Shown here one piece after another: positions 1 through 9,224 of a stretch of DNA of 64,000 nt. Numbering within the stretch: position 1 is the first letter of the stretch; every line of letters begins with the position of its first letter. The translations under genes were made by a program, and so were the position numbers. The notes under the pieces are model-generated. The model was not told where the DNA came from. It was given only the letters and a program-made list of their open reading frames with translations, and searched no databases. Origin of the DNA: a virus; IMG/VR virus record IMGVR_UViG_3300037184_000121, positions 43,603 to 107,602 of that record; one strand, written 5' to 3'.

Positions 1-4
1 TGGT

Positions 5-913
5 GTGGCTCTTACAAATGCAACTGTGCCATTCCCCGCTGTTTCTGGTTTTTATTATGTCTATTGGGATTCTGTTGCTCAAGCTTTTGGGGTATCAACA
101 TCTATTGCCGTTACAACGGATGTTACGAAGCTTTTACTTGCCTCTGTTACTTATACGTATGTGGGATCTACATTTCCACCAGATCACAATATTCTTTCTG
201 GTTTAACAGATCTTAGACTTATTGGAGGTACAAATAGTTTATTGCAACGTTGGACTACAGTAGCAAGACCTGTAAATCCAGTAGTAGGGGAATTCGGTTT
301 TAATACTACTCTTGGAATATTAGAATATTGGGATGGAACTGCTTGGCAACAGGTTGTTGAAGCTTCTGCAAATGGAAATGTTCCATCTGGAGCTATGTTA
401 GATTTTGCGGGAACTTCTGCAAGTATACCAACTGGTTATCTTCCTTGTGATGGTTCAGTTGTATCTCAAGCAACTTATGCTAATTTATTCGCCGTCATTA
501 ATACAATATGGAATACAGGTGGAGAAGGGGTCGGAAATTTTAGACTTCCTAATTTTCAAAGAAGTGTTGCTGTCGGATCTGGTGGAACGGAAACTACTGA
601 ATTGGGGAGTACCGTTGGTAGCGTTGGGGGAGTGGAATCTGAAACACATACTCATACAGAAAACCCCCATATCCACAATCAGGCAAATAATGGGATACTT
701 AATGTAAATATAGGTACTAATATAGGTATTTATGATATTTCAGGAAATCCACCATCTCCATCCTCAGACATGGGGGCTACAAATACTGCGGGGGGTAATC
801 CATGTTATCGTTTAACAGCTGGAACTACAACTCAAAGTAATTCTGGTATGAGTAGTTTCACCAGTAATAATTTTCAACCTTCAGCTGTAGTTACCAAGAT
901 TATAAAATACTAA
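5..913 (+). CDS. Tail fibre protein with phage tail-collar domain (probably 5'-truncated by window edge)
   Basis: VPSGAMLDFAG...PTGYLPCDGS..SQATYANLFAVI...FRLPNFQR tail-collar signature; C-terminal QPSAVVTKIIKY. Confidence 0.85.
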   Translation: MALTNATVPFPAVSGFYYVYWDSVAQAFGVSTSIAVTTDVTKLLLASVTYTYVGSTFPPDHNILSGLTDLRLIGGTNSLLQRWTTVARPVNPVVGEFGFNTTLGILEYWDGTAWQQVVEASANGNVPSGAMLDFAGTSASIPTGYLPCDGSVVSQATYANLFAVINTIWNTGGEGVGNFRLPNFQRSVAVGSGGTETTELGSTVGSVGGVESETHTHTENPHIHNQANNGILNVNIGTNIGIYDISGNPPSPSSDMGATNTAGGNPCYRLTAGTTTQSNSGMSSFTSNNFQPSAVVTKIIKY

Positions 914-927
914 AAGGAAATTAAATT

Positions 928-1200
928 ATGAATGACTCTATAATTAGTTGTATTAAATGTACTGATGCAACAGGAAATGTAGACCACTATGATGTTTCTT
1001 TTTCTTTTTCTAATCTAGGATCTCTTCCTTTTACACCAATAGTAACTTTAAAATCATCAGATCTACAAAATTCTAATGATTTAAATGAAGTAAAAGCAAA
1101 AGCATGTACTCAAGCAACTCAATTAAAAGCTTTATATGTTTACCAAAATAGTCTTGTTTATTCAAAGCTTACAGATCTTAATGGCCCTGTAACTCTGTAA
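928..1200 (+). CDS. Hypothetical protein, possibly tail-fibre associated
   Basis: AAGGA SD, position right after the fibre gene. Confidence 0.5.
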   Translation: MNDSIISCIKCTDATGNVDHYDVSFSFSNLGSLPFTPIVTLKSSDLQNSNDLNEVKAKACTQATQLKALYVYQNSLVYSKLTDLNGPVTL

Positions 1201-1213
1201 AAGGAGAACTACT

Positions 1214-1990
1214 ATGCATAAATTTACCTGGAAACCAGATCTACCTGATTTTCGTGATCTTACGTATAAGGCTATCCATAAGTACAGCCTTTATGAACTT
1301 CCAGTAGCAGCAGATTTACGTTCTAGTTGTTCTCCTGTTGAAAATCAGGATCAGCTAGGCTCTTGCACAAGTTTCGCTTTGGCTGGAGCCCTTGAATTCT
1401 TGGAAGAGAAAGCTCTTTCAACAAAAACTGCTTCTGCTGAGATTCTTGCTTCTACCTATACTCCTTTTTCTCACCTTTTCATTTATTATAATGAACGTGA
1501 TATGGAAGGTGACGTAAATGAGGATGGAGGTGGGCAGCTTCGAGATGGAATTAAGACATTGGCTACCCTTGGAGGCTGTTCAGAGCTTACTTGGCCCTAT
1601 GATGAGTCTAAAGTGTTTGATAAGCCCTCCGATGCATCTTATCAGGAAGCTCTTCAGCATAAAATTACTTCTTACCTTAGTTTGAATTCTATATCTGATA
1701 TGAAGCATTGTCTTTCAGATGGATTTCCCTTTGCTTTTGGATTTACGGTCTACGACTCCTTTGAGTCTGAAGAAACAGCTCGAACGGGTATTCTGAAGAT
1801 GCCTACTTATACAGATAGTTGTGTGGGTGGACATGCAGTGCTGGCAGTTGGCTACAGTGATGCTGAGCAAATGTTCATCGTTCGTAATTCCTGGGGTTCA
1901 GGCTGGGGCTTACAGGGATACTTCAAGATGCCCTACCAATATATCATGAATGCAAATCTAGCCTCGGATTTCTGGACGATTCGTAAGTAA
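1214..1990 (+). CDS. Papain-like cysteine peptidase (C1 family)
   Basis: QDQLGSCTSFA (oxyanion Gln, catalytic Cys), GGHAVLAVGY (His), RNSWGSGWG (Asn). Confidence 0.92.
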   Translation: MHKFTWKPDLPDFRDLTYKAIHKYSLYELPVAADLRSSCSPVENQDQLGSCTSFALAGALEFLEEKALSTKTASAEILASTYTPFSHLFIYYNERDMEGDVNEDGGGQLRDGIKTLATLGGCSELTWPYDESKVFDKPSDASYQEALQHKITSYLSLNSISDMKHCLSDGFPFAFGFTVYDSFESEETARTGILKMPTYTDSCVGGHAVLAVGYSDAEQMFIVRNSWGSGWGLQGYFKMPYQYIMNANLASDFWTIRK

Positions 1991-2000
1991 AGGAGATAAT

Positions 2001-2498
2001 ATGGACTGGGGAAATTTAATAAATCAAATTATCAGTGTTGTCTCACCTACCAATGTTCCAGTAGCGCAGCCTGACGATAATTTCGACGGGACTGAGCTGG
2101 AACTTGTAAGGGATACGTATTCTGAATTTTCTACACAGGGAAACCTTTCTATTGATGAGTCTTGGGAATGTTTTACTATAGAATGTCCTAAAGAATCCTA
2201 CGAAGGTTCCCATGTGTGTATTCCTTGTGGCACATATGAGATTGAATTGGTTGATAGCCCTAAGCATGGACCAAATACCCCTCAGTTAGAAGAGGTTCCT
2301 GGTAGATCTCTTATTCAGATGCATAGTTCAAATTATGCAATTAATCCAGAAACTAAGCAAGTATTTTTATTAGGATGTATTGCCCCAGGCACTCAAAAAG
2401 ATCCTAATGTAGTTTACAATTCTAAAGTAGCTATGGCTGCTGTTATGCAAAAGATAGATTGGGATAAACCAGTCAGAATAACAATTTCCGAGTCATAA
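2001..2498 (+). CDS. DUF5675-family protein (L,D-transpeptidase-like; lysin candidate)
   Basis: LVRD..SEFSTQGNL...CFTIE...CIPCGTY...VPGRSLIQMHSSN...GCIAPG pattern. Confidence 0.7.
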   Translation: MDWGNLINQIISVVSPTNVPVAQPDDNFDGTELELVRDTYSEFSTQGNLSIDESWECFTIECPKESYEGSHVCIPCGTYEIELVDSPKHGPNTPQLEEVPGRSLIQMHSSNYAINPETKQVFLLGCIAPGTQKDPNVVYNSKVAMAAVMQKIDWDKPVRITISES

Positions 2499-2521
2499 AT
2501 AAACCCTCCTGTAGTTCCCCC

Positions 2522-2550
2522 TTGACATTTTTCCTATCTAGATGTATACT
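2522..2550 (+). promoter_or_regulatory. sigma70-type promoter
   Basis: TTGACA-17-TATACT. Confidence 0.85.
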
Positions 2551-2556
2551 GTACTT

Positions 2557-2919
2557 GTGCAAGCATTTAATTTCATCTGTGTGTCTTGTGGCTCCCAACT
2601 CTTAGAGACTGGTGTGCTACTTGCAACAGCAGAGGGACCTTTTGTGTTTTGTGAAACCTGCAGAACGCTCTATTATATTGATGCTCTAGAAAATGCTGAG
2701 GGTCATCCAGTGGTAGTTGTGGAACCTACTCGTCTTGAGCCTGAACAAGAGTTCGATATTATTAGGGGGGCATTGAAACAGACTCCTTTAAAAGAACACT
2801 TAGATAAAGTGGAAGAGCGAAATGTTAATCCCCATTTCCAACAAGATTTGAAATCAATGATTACTGCTTCTGTAACTCCTAGCGATTTGATAAGGAAACT
2901 ACACAACTATCATGACTAA
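2557..2919 (+). CDS. Zinc-ribbon hypothetical protein (probable leaderless GTG start)
   Basis: CVSC...CETC; the track's ATG at 2542 overlaps the -10 box, in-frame GTG lies at the predicted TSS. Confidence 0.55.
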   Translation: MQAFNFICVSCGSQLLETGVLLATAEGPFVFCETCRTLYYIDALENAEGHPVVVVEPTRLEPEQEFDIIRGALKQTPLKEHLDKVEERNVNPHFQQDLKSMITASVTPSDLIRKLHNYHD

Positions 2920-3205
2920 TTTTAAATGTTATGCCTGTTTGGTTAAACCCCCAGAACACAAGTTTAGTGAGTGCCTATCAGTTGAGTGTTCTTGTCAATG
3001 TGTGAGAGAGGTTTATTCGAAAGGTCCAAATCAGGTGCTTGAAGATGTAGCAGCGGATAGTCCAAATTTTTTAAAGATAAATAATGCAGAGATTAAGACT
3101 CTCCCAGATGCTACAAAAGAAGTGAAGGAGTTCAATAAAATAGATCGTTCCGAATGGCTACCTAAAAAGAAAAAAGATAAGAGATTCAAGCGCAGAGTGA
3201 GATAA
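2912..3205 (+). CDS. Cys-rich hypothetical protein
   Basis: CYAC..H..C..CSCQC; overlaps upstream stop. Confidence 0.5.
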   Translation: MTNFKCYACLVKPPEHKFSECLSVECSCQCVREVYSKGPNQVLEDVAADSPNFLKINNAEIKTLPDATKEVKEFNKIDRSEWLPKKKKDKRFKRRVR

Positions 3206-3209
3206 GACA

Positions 3210-3983
3210 ATCATAACCCTGAAGAGTAGTGAACATGTAGAACTTATTAAGAAAGCTGGCACAATCCTTTCGGATTGCCTCAGCTTTTTGTCGTTACAAG
3301 TACAACCTGGGGTGACAGGTTTACAGATTGATAAATTAGCAGATGATTTCATTCAGTCTCATGGTGGAACTGCTGCCTGTAAAGGATTTGAGGGATATAC
3401 AGCAGCAACCTGCATTTCAGTTAATGCCAATGCAGTTCATTGTATCCCAGATAATAAACCATTTTTAGAAGGGGATATAGTAAAACTAGATATAGTAGTA
3501 GATTACCATGGCTGGAAAGCTGATTCTGCTATAAGTGTTCTCATTCCTCCAGTTAAACCAGAAGTCAGAAAGCTTGCAGAAACCACGTATACAGCAATGC
3601 TACAGGGGATTTCAGCGTGTATTAATGGAAATACAGTCCAGAGTGTCAGTCAGGCAATTTATGACGCTAGAAACGAATATGGTATAGAATGTGGTGTAGT
3701 GAAAGAATTCACAGGGCATGGAATTGGACAAAATATCCATGAAGGGCCTTCTATTCCTAATGTGGTTATAAAAGAGAAGAATTCTCTCCTTGTTGAGGGG
3801 ATGGTGCTTTGTATTGAACCTATTTTCTGCCTTGGAAAACCTGATATCTATTATAAAAAGGGGGAATGGAATACTTGGATGATGGACGGAGGTTTTGTTT
3901 CTCACTGGGAACACACAGTATTAGTAACTAACAATGTTCCTGAAATTTTAACATTACGAAAGGAAGAACGAGATCTTTTATGA
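3210..3983 (+). CDS. map: Methionine aminopeptidase type I (start uncertain, apparently non-canonical)
   Basis: CISVN..VH.IP, GDIVKLD, ADSA, GHGIG..IHEGP, IEP, HWEHTV; N-terminal homology IITLKS..(E)LIKKAG extends upstream of TTG 3288 to 3210. Confidence 0.92.
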   Translation: MITLKSSEHVELIKKAGTILSDCLSFLSLQVQPGVTGLQIDKLADDFIQSHGGTAACKGFEGYTAATCISVNANAVHCIPDNKPFLEGDIVKLDIVVDYHGWKADSAISVLIPPVKPEVRKLAETTYTAMLQGISACINGNTVQSVSQAIYDARNEYGIECGVVKEFTGHGIGQNIHEGPSIPNVVIKEKNSLLVEGMVLCIEPIFCLGKPDIYYKKGEWNTWMMDGGFVSHWEHTVLVTNNVPEILTLRKEERDLL

Positions 3984-4390
3984 AATGTAAAGATGTTATT
4001 TGTGTTACATGTCACAATAAATTTTTTGGTGGTAGTACGGCTATGTATTGTTCTATATACTGTAGACCAAGGTATCAAAAAATAAAGAGAAATACCTTAC
4101 CAATTGCAAAGCGTTTTATAGGCTATTTAAGTGAGATTAAGATTGCAGCGGATTTGACTAGTAAGGAATATGAGCTTTTTTGGCCTGTTAGTATTGCTAA
4201 TTCGTGTGATTTAATTGCTTTAAAAGACAATAAGTTATTTCGTATACAAGTTAAAACTGTCCATCGGGATACAAATGGTAAAATAACAATACCACAGGTT
4301 GATGTTTTGAAATATGATATTTTAGCATTATTTGTTGATAACTCAGAACTGCTATATTTTGATACTACTAATAAACCTTTTTATTTTTAA
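3980..4390 (+). CDS. PD-(D/E)XK homing-type endonuclease
   Basis: SE..IAA.L...Y..F.P.....CDLIA......RIQVKT; N-terminal CxxC...YCS..C. Confidence 0.7.
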   Translation: MKCKDVICVTCHNKFFGGSTAMYCSIYCRPRYQKIKRNTLPIAKRFIGYLSEIKIAADLTSKEYELFWPVSIANSCDLIALKDNKLFRIQVKTVHRDTNGKITIPQVDVLKYDILALFVDNSELLYFDTTNKPFYF

Positions 4391-4406
4391 CCCTAGAAAT
4401 TATCCC

Positions 4407-4435
4407 TTGACATTCTTATCTACTCCTGCTATACT
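4407..4435 (+). promoter_or_regulatory. sigma70-type promoter
   Basis: TTGACA-17-TATACT; spacer contains CTTATCTAC. Confidence 0.85.
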
Positions 4436-4441
4436 TAAAAT

Positions 4442-4858
4442 ATGAGAACTGTCTTATTCATCTGCAGTGGTAACACTTGCCGAAGTCCAATGGCAATGAG
4501 TGTTGCCAGGACCTACCCTAAAATCTATGCATTTTCTAGGGGTCTTTCTGCTATGGATGGGGCTACAATGTCAGAGTGTGCTAAAAAGGCTTTAGAATTA
4601 GCTAAGATCCCAGTGTCTCCTCATAAATCCAGGATGCTGCGTCCTGCTGATGTTGCACGAGCTGATTTGATTCTGGTGATGACTACCGTTCATCTCAAGG
4701 ATATGAAGGTTGTATATCCAGAGGCTGCTGGTAAGACTTTCATGCTTAATCCCTTGGCTGATGTCGCTGATCCATTTGGTGATGAGTTGGAGCCATACGT
4801 TAAGTGTCTTGAGAAGATTCAGGACTGGATAGCTCCGTGGTTGGACCAGCAAAAATAA
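4442..4858 (+). CDS. Low-molecular-weight protein phosphatase, YwlE/arginine-phosphatase-like
   Basis: P-loop VLFICSGNTCRSPMA, ADLILVMT..H, DVADPFG. Confidence 0.88.
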   Translation: MRTVLFICSGNTCRSPMAMSVARTYPKIYAFSRGLSAMDGATMSECAKKALELAKIPVSPHKSRMLRPADVARADLILVMTTVHLKDMKVVYPEAAGKTFMLNPLADVADPFGDELEPYVKCLEKIQDWIAPWLDQQK

Positions 4859-4861
4859 GAC

Positions 4862-4890
4862 TTGACAAGATAACAATGTCATGTTATACT
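4862..4890 (+). promoter_or_regulatory. sigma70-type promoter
   Basis: TTGACA-AGATAACAATGTCATGT-TATACT. Confidence 0.88.
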
Positions 4891-4923
4891 TTAGTAGATC
4901 AAAAAACCTGGGAGGGTACTAAA

Positions 4924-5580
4924 ATGGAAAGACACTTTTTGAAATGCTCGTACTGTGAAAGGCCGATGTCAGTTAATGTTGAGAATACTACTGAGATCGC
5001 TTTTATTCTAAAACAGAATTGTCCTTTGTGCGGAGAGCTTGCTCTTCGATATATGGGTCAAGTACGAAAGACAAATATTGTTCGTGGTGGAGTAAAGAGT
5101 GCTTGTGACTTGCGTTGCACCTCAGCAGTTGGCCCAAAGTGTGATTGCGTTTGCGCTAATGAAAATCACGGCACCCATCGTTTGGTGGTGTTTGATAAAG
5201 TTGTTGGTAAGCTGGAAGTTGTTGAAAAGGATTTGCTGAATAACAACGAGAATTACTTAGCCAGGATCAAGAGAATGGCGGCTGCAAAGAATAAGATCAA
5301 GGTTAATGTCATTACGTTCTTGAATTATCAAAATCGGGCTATCCTGGAATACCTTAAGCAGAATAAAGGGTATGCTTATAAGATGCCTTACGAAGATTAT
5401 CGCAAGTACAATATTTATCGTGAGATGCTGAAGAAAATTGACAAGATTGAAGACCTGAAGAGCATTCAGAAAAAGATCAACTCCTTGACGAAGCTGATTA
5501 AGCAGATCGGGACAGGTCTTGACTACTTGGAAGCTTTGAGTGCAGCGAAAGAGGCTGCTGAAGCAAAGGTGGTCGCATGA
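4924..5580 (+). CDS. Cys-rich hypothetical phage protein
   Basis: GGAGG SD before ATG 4924; CSYC, CPLC, CDLRCTSAVGPKCDCVCANENHG. Confidence 0.6.
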   Translation: MERHFLKCSYCERPMSVNVENTTEIAFILKQNCPLCGELALRYMGQVRKTNIVRGGVKSACDLRCTSAVGPKCDCVCANENHGTHRLVVFDKVVGKLEVVEKDLLNNNENYLARIKRMAAAKNKIKVNVITFLNYQNRAILEYLKQNKGYAYKMPYEDYRKYNIYREMLKKIDKIEDLKSIQKKINSLTKLIKQIGTGLDYLEALSAAKEAAEAKVVA

Positions 5581-5911
5581 ACATCTACGGGACTGAGAAG
5601 GGACCTTTTTTCTGGAATAAGAATGCAATCATAGTCAAACTGTGGAATAGCTTGACTAAAGCTGACTATGATGCTGTGAGACTGCGACTGAACTAATTAC
5701 ATGGGGTTAACACTTTTAACAGCAGCAGAACGTAAGATTCTCATTGATAAGCTTGTGGCAAATGATGTCACGGAGTATTTTCATATAGCTATTGGTGAAG
5801 GATCTTTGGAAGCAGGGAGAATTAGAAAGAATATTAGAAAACTCTATAATAAATTAGACGATGCAGAATTACTGAGTATCAAATTATGAATAGGATTATC
5901 AAGGAGATCAT

Positions 5912-6133
5912 ATGATAGTTTGGGATGGATTTACTTTAGTTGGTTTAGTTATTGTTGGAATTGGATTTATATTGTATATTCTATCTATGGTCTTAGATGG
6001 AATTGAGAAAGTATATGAACCAGTTGTCAAAGTAGAAAATAGTCTTGGATTGCCTTTCGGTGTAAAAGCAATTGTAAATTATGTTATTGCTTTATTTGTA
6101 ATTGCTTTGTTGTGTAGATTTTTTAAAGTATAA
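5912..6133 (+). CDS. Small membrane protein
   Basis: AGGAG SD, two hydrophobic segments. Confidence 0.5.
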   Translation: MIVWDGFTLVGLVIVGIGFILYILSMVLDGIEKVYEPVVKVENSLGLPFGVKAIVNYVIALFVIALLCRFFKV

Positions 6134-6145
6134 GAAGAGGATAAC

Positions 6146-6760
6146 ATGCGTGTAAGGTATAATTTAGTCAGGAAAAAATTTGGTAGGCTTTTAGTGACGA
6201 GTTTCCACCATAAGGATGAAAAATACAGAAGTAATTTCTGGAATTGTCAATGTGAATGTGGTAATATATTAGTACTTTCTGCATCAACTCTTCAAAGAAA
6301 GAAAAGACCTACAATATCATGTGGATGCTATAGATATGATAGGGTGTCGGGTCAGCCAGCTCCAAATAGATTACTTAAGGGTCGAGCAAATTTTAATTCC
6401 TTATTTCAGTCCTATATAAAAGCTGCTAAACAGCGAGAAATAATTTTTCTTCTAACACAAGAGGAATTTCGACAATTGACTAGTCAGAATTGTCATTATT
6501 GTAATAGTGAGCCACTGCAGAACCATAGTAAAAGGGAAACCTACGGTTCTTATTTATATAATGGTATAGATCGTTTAGATTCTGATAAATCTTATATCTT
6601 AGATAATTGCGTTTCTTGCTGCAAGGTATGTAATTATGCCAAACGAATTATGACAGTTGAAGAGTTTAAATTTTGGATTACACGAGTATATAATAATTTT
6701 GTAAACCGAAGATTGGAGGATCATCCCCTCTCCTCAGCTCCAATTTCTTATGAGCAATGA
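6146..6760 (+). CDS. HNH-type homing endonuclease
   Basis: KKFGRLLV...WNCQCECG...SCGC N-domain; CHYC...NGIDRLDS...DNCVSCCKVCNYAK. Confidence 0.8.
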   Translation: MRVRYNLVRKKFGRLLVTSFHHKDEKYRSNFWNCQCECGNILVLSASTLQRKKRPTISCGCYRYDRVSGQPAPNRLLKGRANFNSLFQSYIKAAKQREIIFLLTQEEFRQLTSQNCHYCNSEPLQNHSKRETYGSYLYNGIDRLDSDKSYILDNCVSCCKVCNYAKRIMTVEEFKFWITRVYNNFVNRRLEDHPLSSAPISYEQ

Positions 6761-6986
6761 ATGTCCTTTACCGTGTAAGATTTGCTTTCACCCAGGAGAG
6801 CAGCATTTTGTATTTGAAGATACTGTTACCGAGTGGTTATTTAATGAGGATGTCGGTCATGAGGTCGAAGTAAATTCACCTTATCCTCGTCCTGTCTGTA
6901 ATGAATGTTCAAGGGATTGTGTTTTTGAAGAGATGACTAATTTGGAATTTGTGGAATGGAAATATGATAATCATCAATGTAAGTAA
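6750..6986 (+). CDS. Small Zn-binding protein, NLxYLE-tail family
   Basis: CKICFH....H...CNEC..C; tail TNLEFVEWKYD. Confidence 0.65.
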   Translation: MSNECPLPCKICFHPGEQHFVFEDTVTEWLFNEDVGHEVEVNSPYPRPVCNECSRDCVFEEMTNLEFVEWKYDNHQCK

Positions 6987-8415
6987 TGTGAAGAGCCAGC
7001 TTGTGGGTGAACTTGATCCCAGAGTGATCTCAGCCCTACGTGCTAAACTATCTGCAGAGATGGTTGGAGCCTTTTTTGCTCGTCGAGCCAATCCCTATGC
7101 AGGAGTCAGATACTTTTTCACTCCAAAGACTCAGATGTTTCCTACAGGCATGATCCATTACGTGCGTGATATTCTTGATAAATATGGAGTTGCTTGGGAG
7201 ATCGTTGATTTACGTCCTATTGCACAGCCTGGGACTGAAATGCCTTTGCATGGTGTAATCCTACGTGATTATCAGCAGGAAGCGGTAGATCTAGCTGTCC
7301 AGAAGCAACGAGGTATCATAAGAGCTGGTACGGGGGCAGGTAAGAGTGCTGTTCTATCAGGTATCATTGGTCGGCTGAATATGAAGACTCTCATCCTGAT
7401 CCATAAGCAAGACATCTTCTATCAGTTGATCAGAACCTTTGAGAAAAATCTTCAGATACCTATTGGAAAGATCGGTGACGGTGAATGCGAATTTCAGAAT
7501 GTGACGGTAGCTATGGTTCAGACAGTTGCTCATGTCTTCAATCCAAAGGTTAAGGTCCTGGCAAAGGATAATAAGATTCTGAAGGAGAAGGCAGACGTTA
7601 TTAGGCAGTTTCTTTCAGGTGTCGAGTGTGTTCTGGTAGATGAAGCCCATCATATTGCTGCAGATACCTTTTGGGATGTAATGCAGAATATTCCTAAAGC
7701 TACCTATCGTATCGGGGTGACAGCGACTGCATTTAGGGAAGATAATATGGATCTGATGCTTGAGGGAGCCTTGGCGAAGAAATTTGTGGACATCTCTTCC
7801 TCTGATTTGATTGATCGTAAATTTTTAGTCCCTCCGTCTATCTATCTGTATCCCATAGATCATCCAAGGCGTAAAAAAGATGATCCCTATGCTGTTGTCT
7901 ATGGTGAAGAGATCGTTAACAACATAGAACGTAATATGCTGATCTGCAATCTCGCTCTGAAGGCTAAACATGCAGGGAAAGCTGTGCTGATAGCGGTGAC
8001 ACAGATTGAGCATGGAGAAACTTTAGAAAAGCTGTTGCAATCTGTAGATAAATCTGCTATATTTGTTAATGGTCAGTCAAAATCTGAAACCCGTAAGCAG
8101 ATTCTGCAAGAGCTTGGTCAGGGTACAGTGAGAATTGTTGTGGCTACAAATATCTACTCAGAAGGAGTGGATATGCCAGCTCTGTCAGTCTTAATAAACG
8201 CTGCAGGAGCTGCCTCTGGCATTCATTCCTTGCAGTTGCTTGGTCGAGTGCTTAGAACAGCTCCAGGTAAGACGAAAGCCTGGGTTGTGGATTTGCAAGA
8301 TGATGGGAAGTTTTTAAACAATCATTCAAAGGAACGGGTCAACATTTATACGACGGAACCTCGTTATAAACTGATTCCTGTGAAGGATATTTCGGAGGTG
8401 AATTTTAATGACTAA
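6964..8415 (+). CDS. Superfamily 2 helicase (UvsW/ResIII-like)
   Basis: LRDYQQEAV, GTGAGKS, VDEAHH, TATAFR, SEGVD, QLLGRVLR. Confidence 0.9.
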   Translation: MIIINVSNVKSQLVGELDPRVISALRAKLSAEMVGAFFARRANPYAGVRYFFTPKTQMFPTGMIHYVRDILDKYGVAWEIVDLRPIAQPGTEMPLHGVILRDYQQEAVDLAVQKQRGIIRAGTGAGKSAVLSGIIGRLNMKTLILIHKQDIFYQLIRTFEKNLQIPIGKIGDGECEFQNVTVAMVQTVAHVFNPKVKVLAKDNKILKEKADVIRQFLSGVECVLVDEAHHIAADTFWDVMQNIPKATYRIGVTATAFREDNMDLMLEGALAKKFVDISSSDLIDRKFLVPPSIYLYPIDHPRRKKDDPYAVVYGEEIVNNIERNMLICNLALKAKHAGKAVLIAVTQIEHGETLEKLLQSVDKSAIFVNGQSKSETRKQILQELGQGTVRIVVATNIYSEGVDMPALSVLINAAGAASGIHSLQLLGRVLRTAPGKTKAWVVDLQDDGKFLNNHSKERVNIYTTEPRYKLIPVKDISEVNFND

Positions 8416-9052
8416 GATTGATTGCATCAGTGACTTGCATATGTACTTTGGGCCTAAGCTCGAAGGTGGGGATATTCTCATTATGTCGGGGGATATTTCA
8501 TTTGTCGGCAATGCTATAGACTTTGCTGAGTTCGATTTTTGGCTTGGCAAGATCAAGCACCAGTATAAAGCTATTATTGTGACTCCAGGAAATCATGATC
8601 TGGGCAGTCAGCGTAATCCTTCCTTGTTTAAATCATTGATTACGAATGCTACCTATTTGGTGAATGAACCTGCTACCATCTTGGGTCTGAAGTTCTGGGT
8701 AAGTCCGATGACACCTACCTTTATGAATTGGGCATGGATGGCAGACCGTGGTGCATCGATTAAGAGATATTGGGACATGATCCCTGAAGGAACGGATGTA
8801 ATTGTGACACATGGACCACCATTTGGTATTTTGGATGCTTGCCCTGACATGGATGATTCTACAAAGCTGGTAAACGTCGGATGTGAGGAACTTTTGAAAG
8901 CGGTGCAGCGAATTAAGCCTCGCTTGCACATTTTTGGACATATTCATGAGGGTCATGGTCAAGTCACGATTGATGGAACTACTTTTATCAATGCTTCCAT
9001 TATGAATGGTCAGTATCAGCCAGTGAATAGTCCGATTACAATAAATATTTAA
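8408..9052 (+). CDS. Calcineurin-like metallophosphoesterase
   Basis: ISDLH, GD, PGNHD, VTHGPP, FGHIHE. Confidence 0.88.
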   Translation: MTKIDCISDLHMYFGPKLEGGDILIMSGDISFVGNAIDFAEFDFWLGKIKHQYKAIIVTPGNHDLGSQRNPSLFKSLITNATYLVNEPATILGLKFWVSPMTPTFMNWAWMADRGASIKRYWDMIPEGTDVIVTHGPPFGILDACPDMDDSTKLVNVGCEELLKAVQRIKPRLHIFGHIHEGHGQVTIDGTTFINASIMNGQYQPVNSPITINI

Positions 9053-9061
9053 AATTAGCTA

Positions 9062-9090
9062 TTGACAGAAAGTTATTTACCTGATATAAT
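9062..9090 (+). promoter_or_regulatory. sigma70-type promoter
   Basis: Perfect TTGACA-17-TATAAT. Confidence 0.88.
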
Positions 9091-9096
9091 TATAGT

Positions 9097-9183
9097 GAGT
9101 GGTGTACAGCGTAATGGGGAACGGTGCCCCATCCCTTTATAAGGGGTTGCTCATAGATACGAGTTCGACTCTCCTCACCCTCA
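9097..9183 (+). tRNA. Degenerate tRNA-like element, anticodon TAT (Ile-UAU-like)
   Basis: GAG-TTCGACT-CTC T-arm; ATCCC/TTTATAA/GGGGT anticodon arm; acceptor GAG(T)GGTG/CACCCTC with a 1-nt bulge; poor D-arm, no CCA. Confidence 0.45.
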
Positions 9184-9224
9184 AAATTTTGTATGTGTTA
9201 AATGAAATAATAGAGGTGATCCAA

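Noticed and set aside
9099-9224. N-terminal extension of the 373-aa ORF
   Set aside because: Overlaps the tRNA-like element; SD and signal peptide point to GTG 9225
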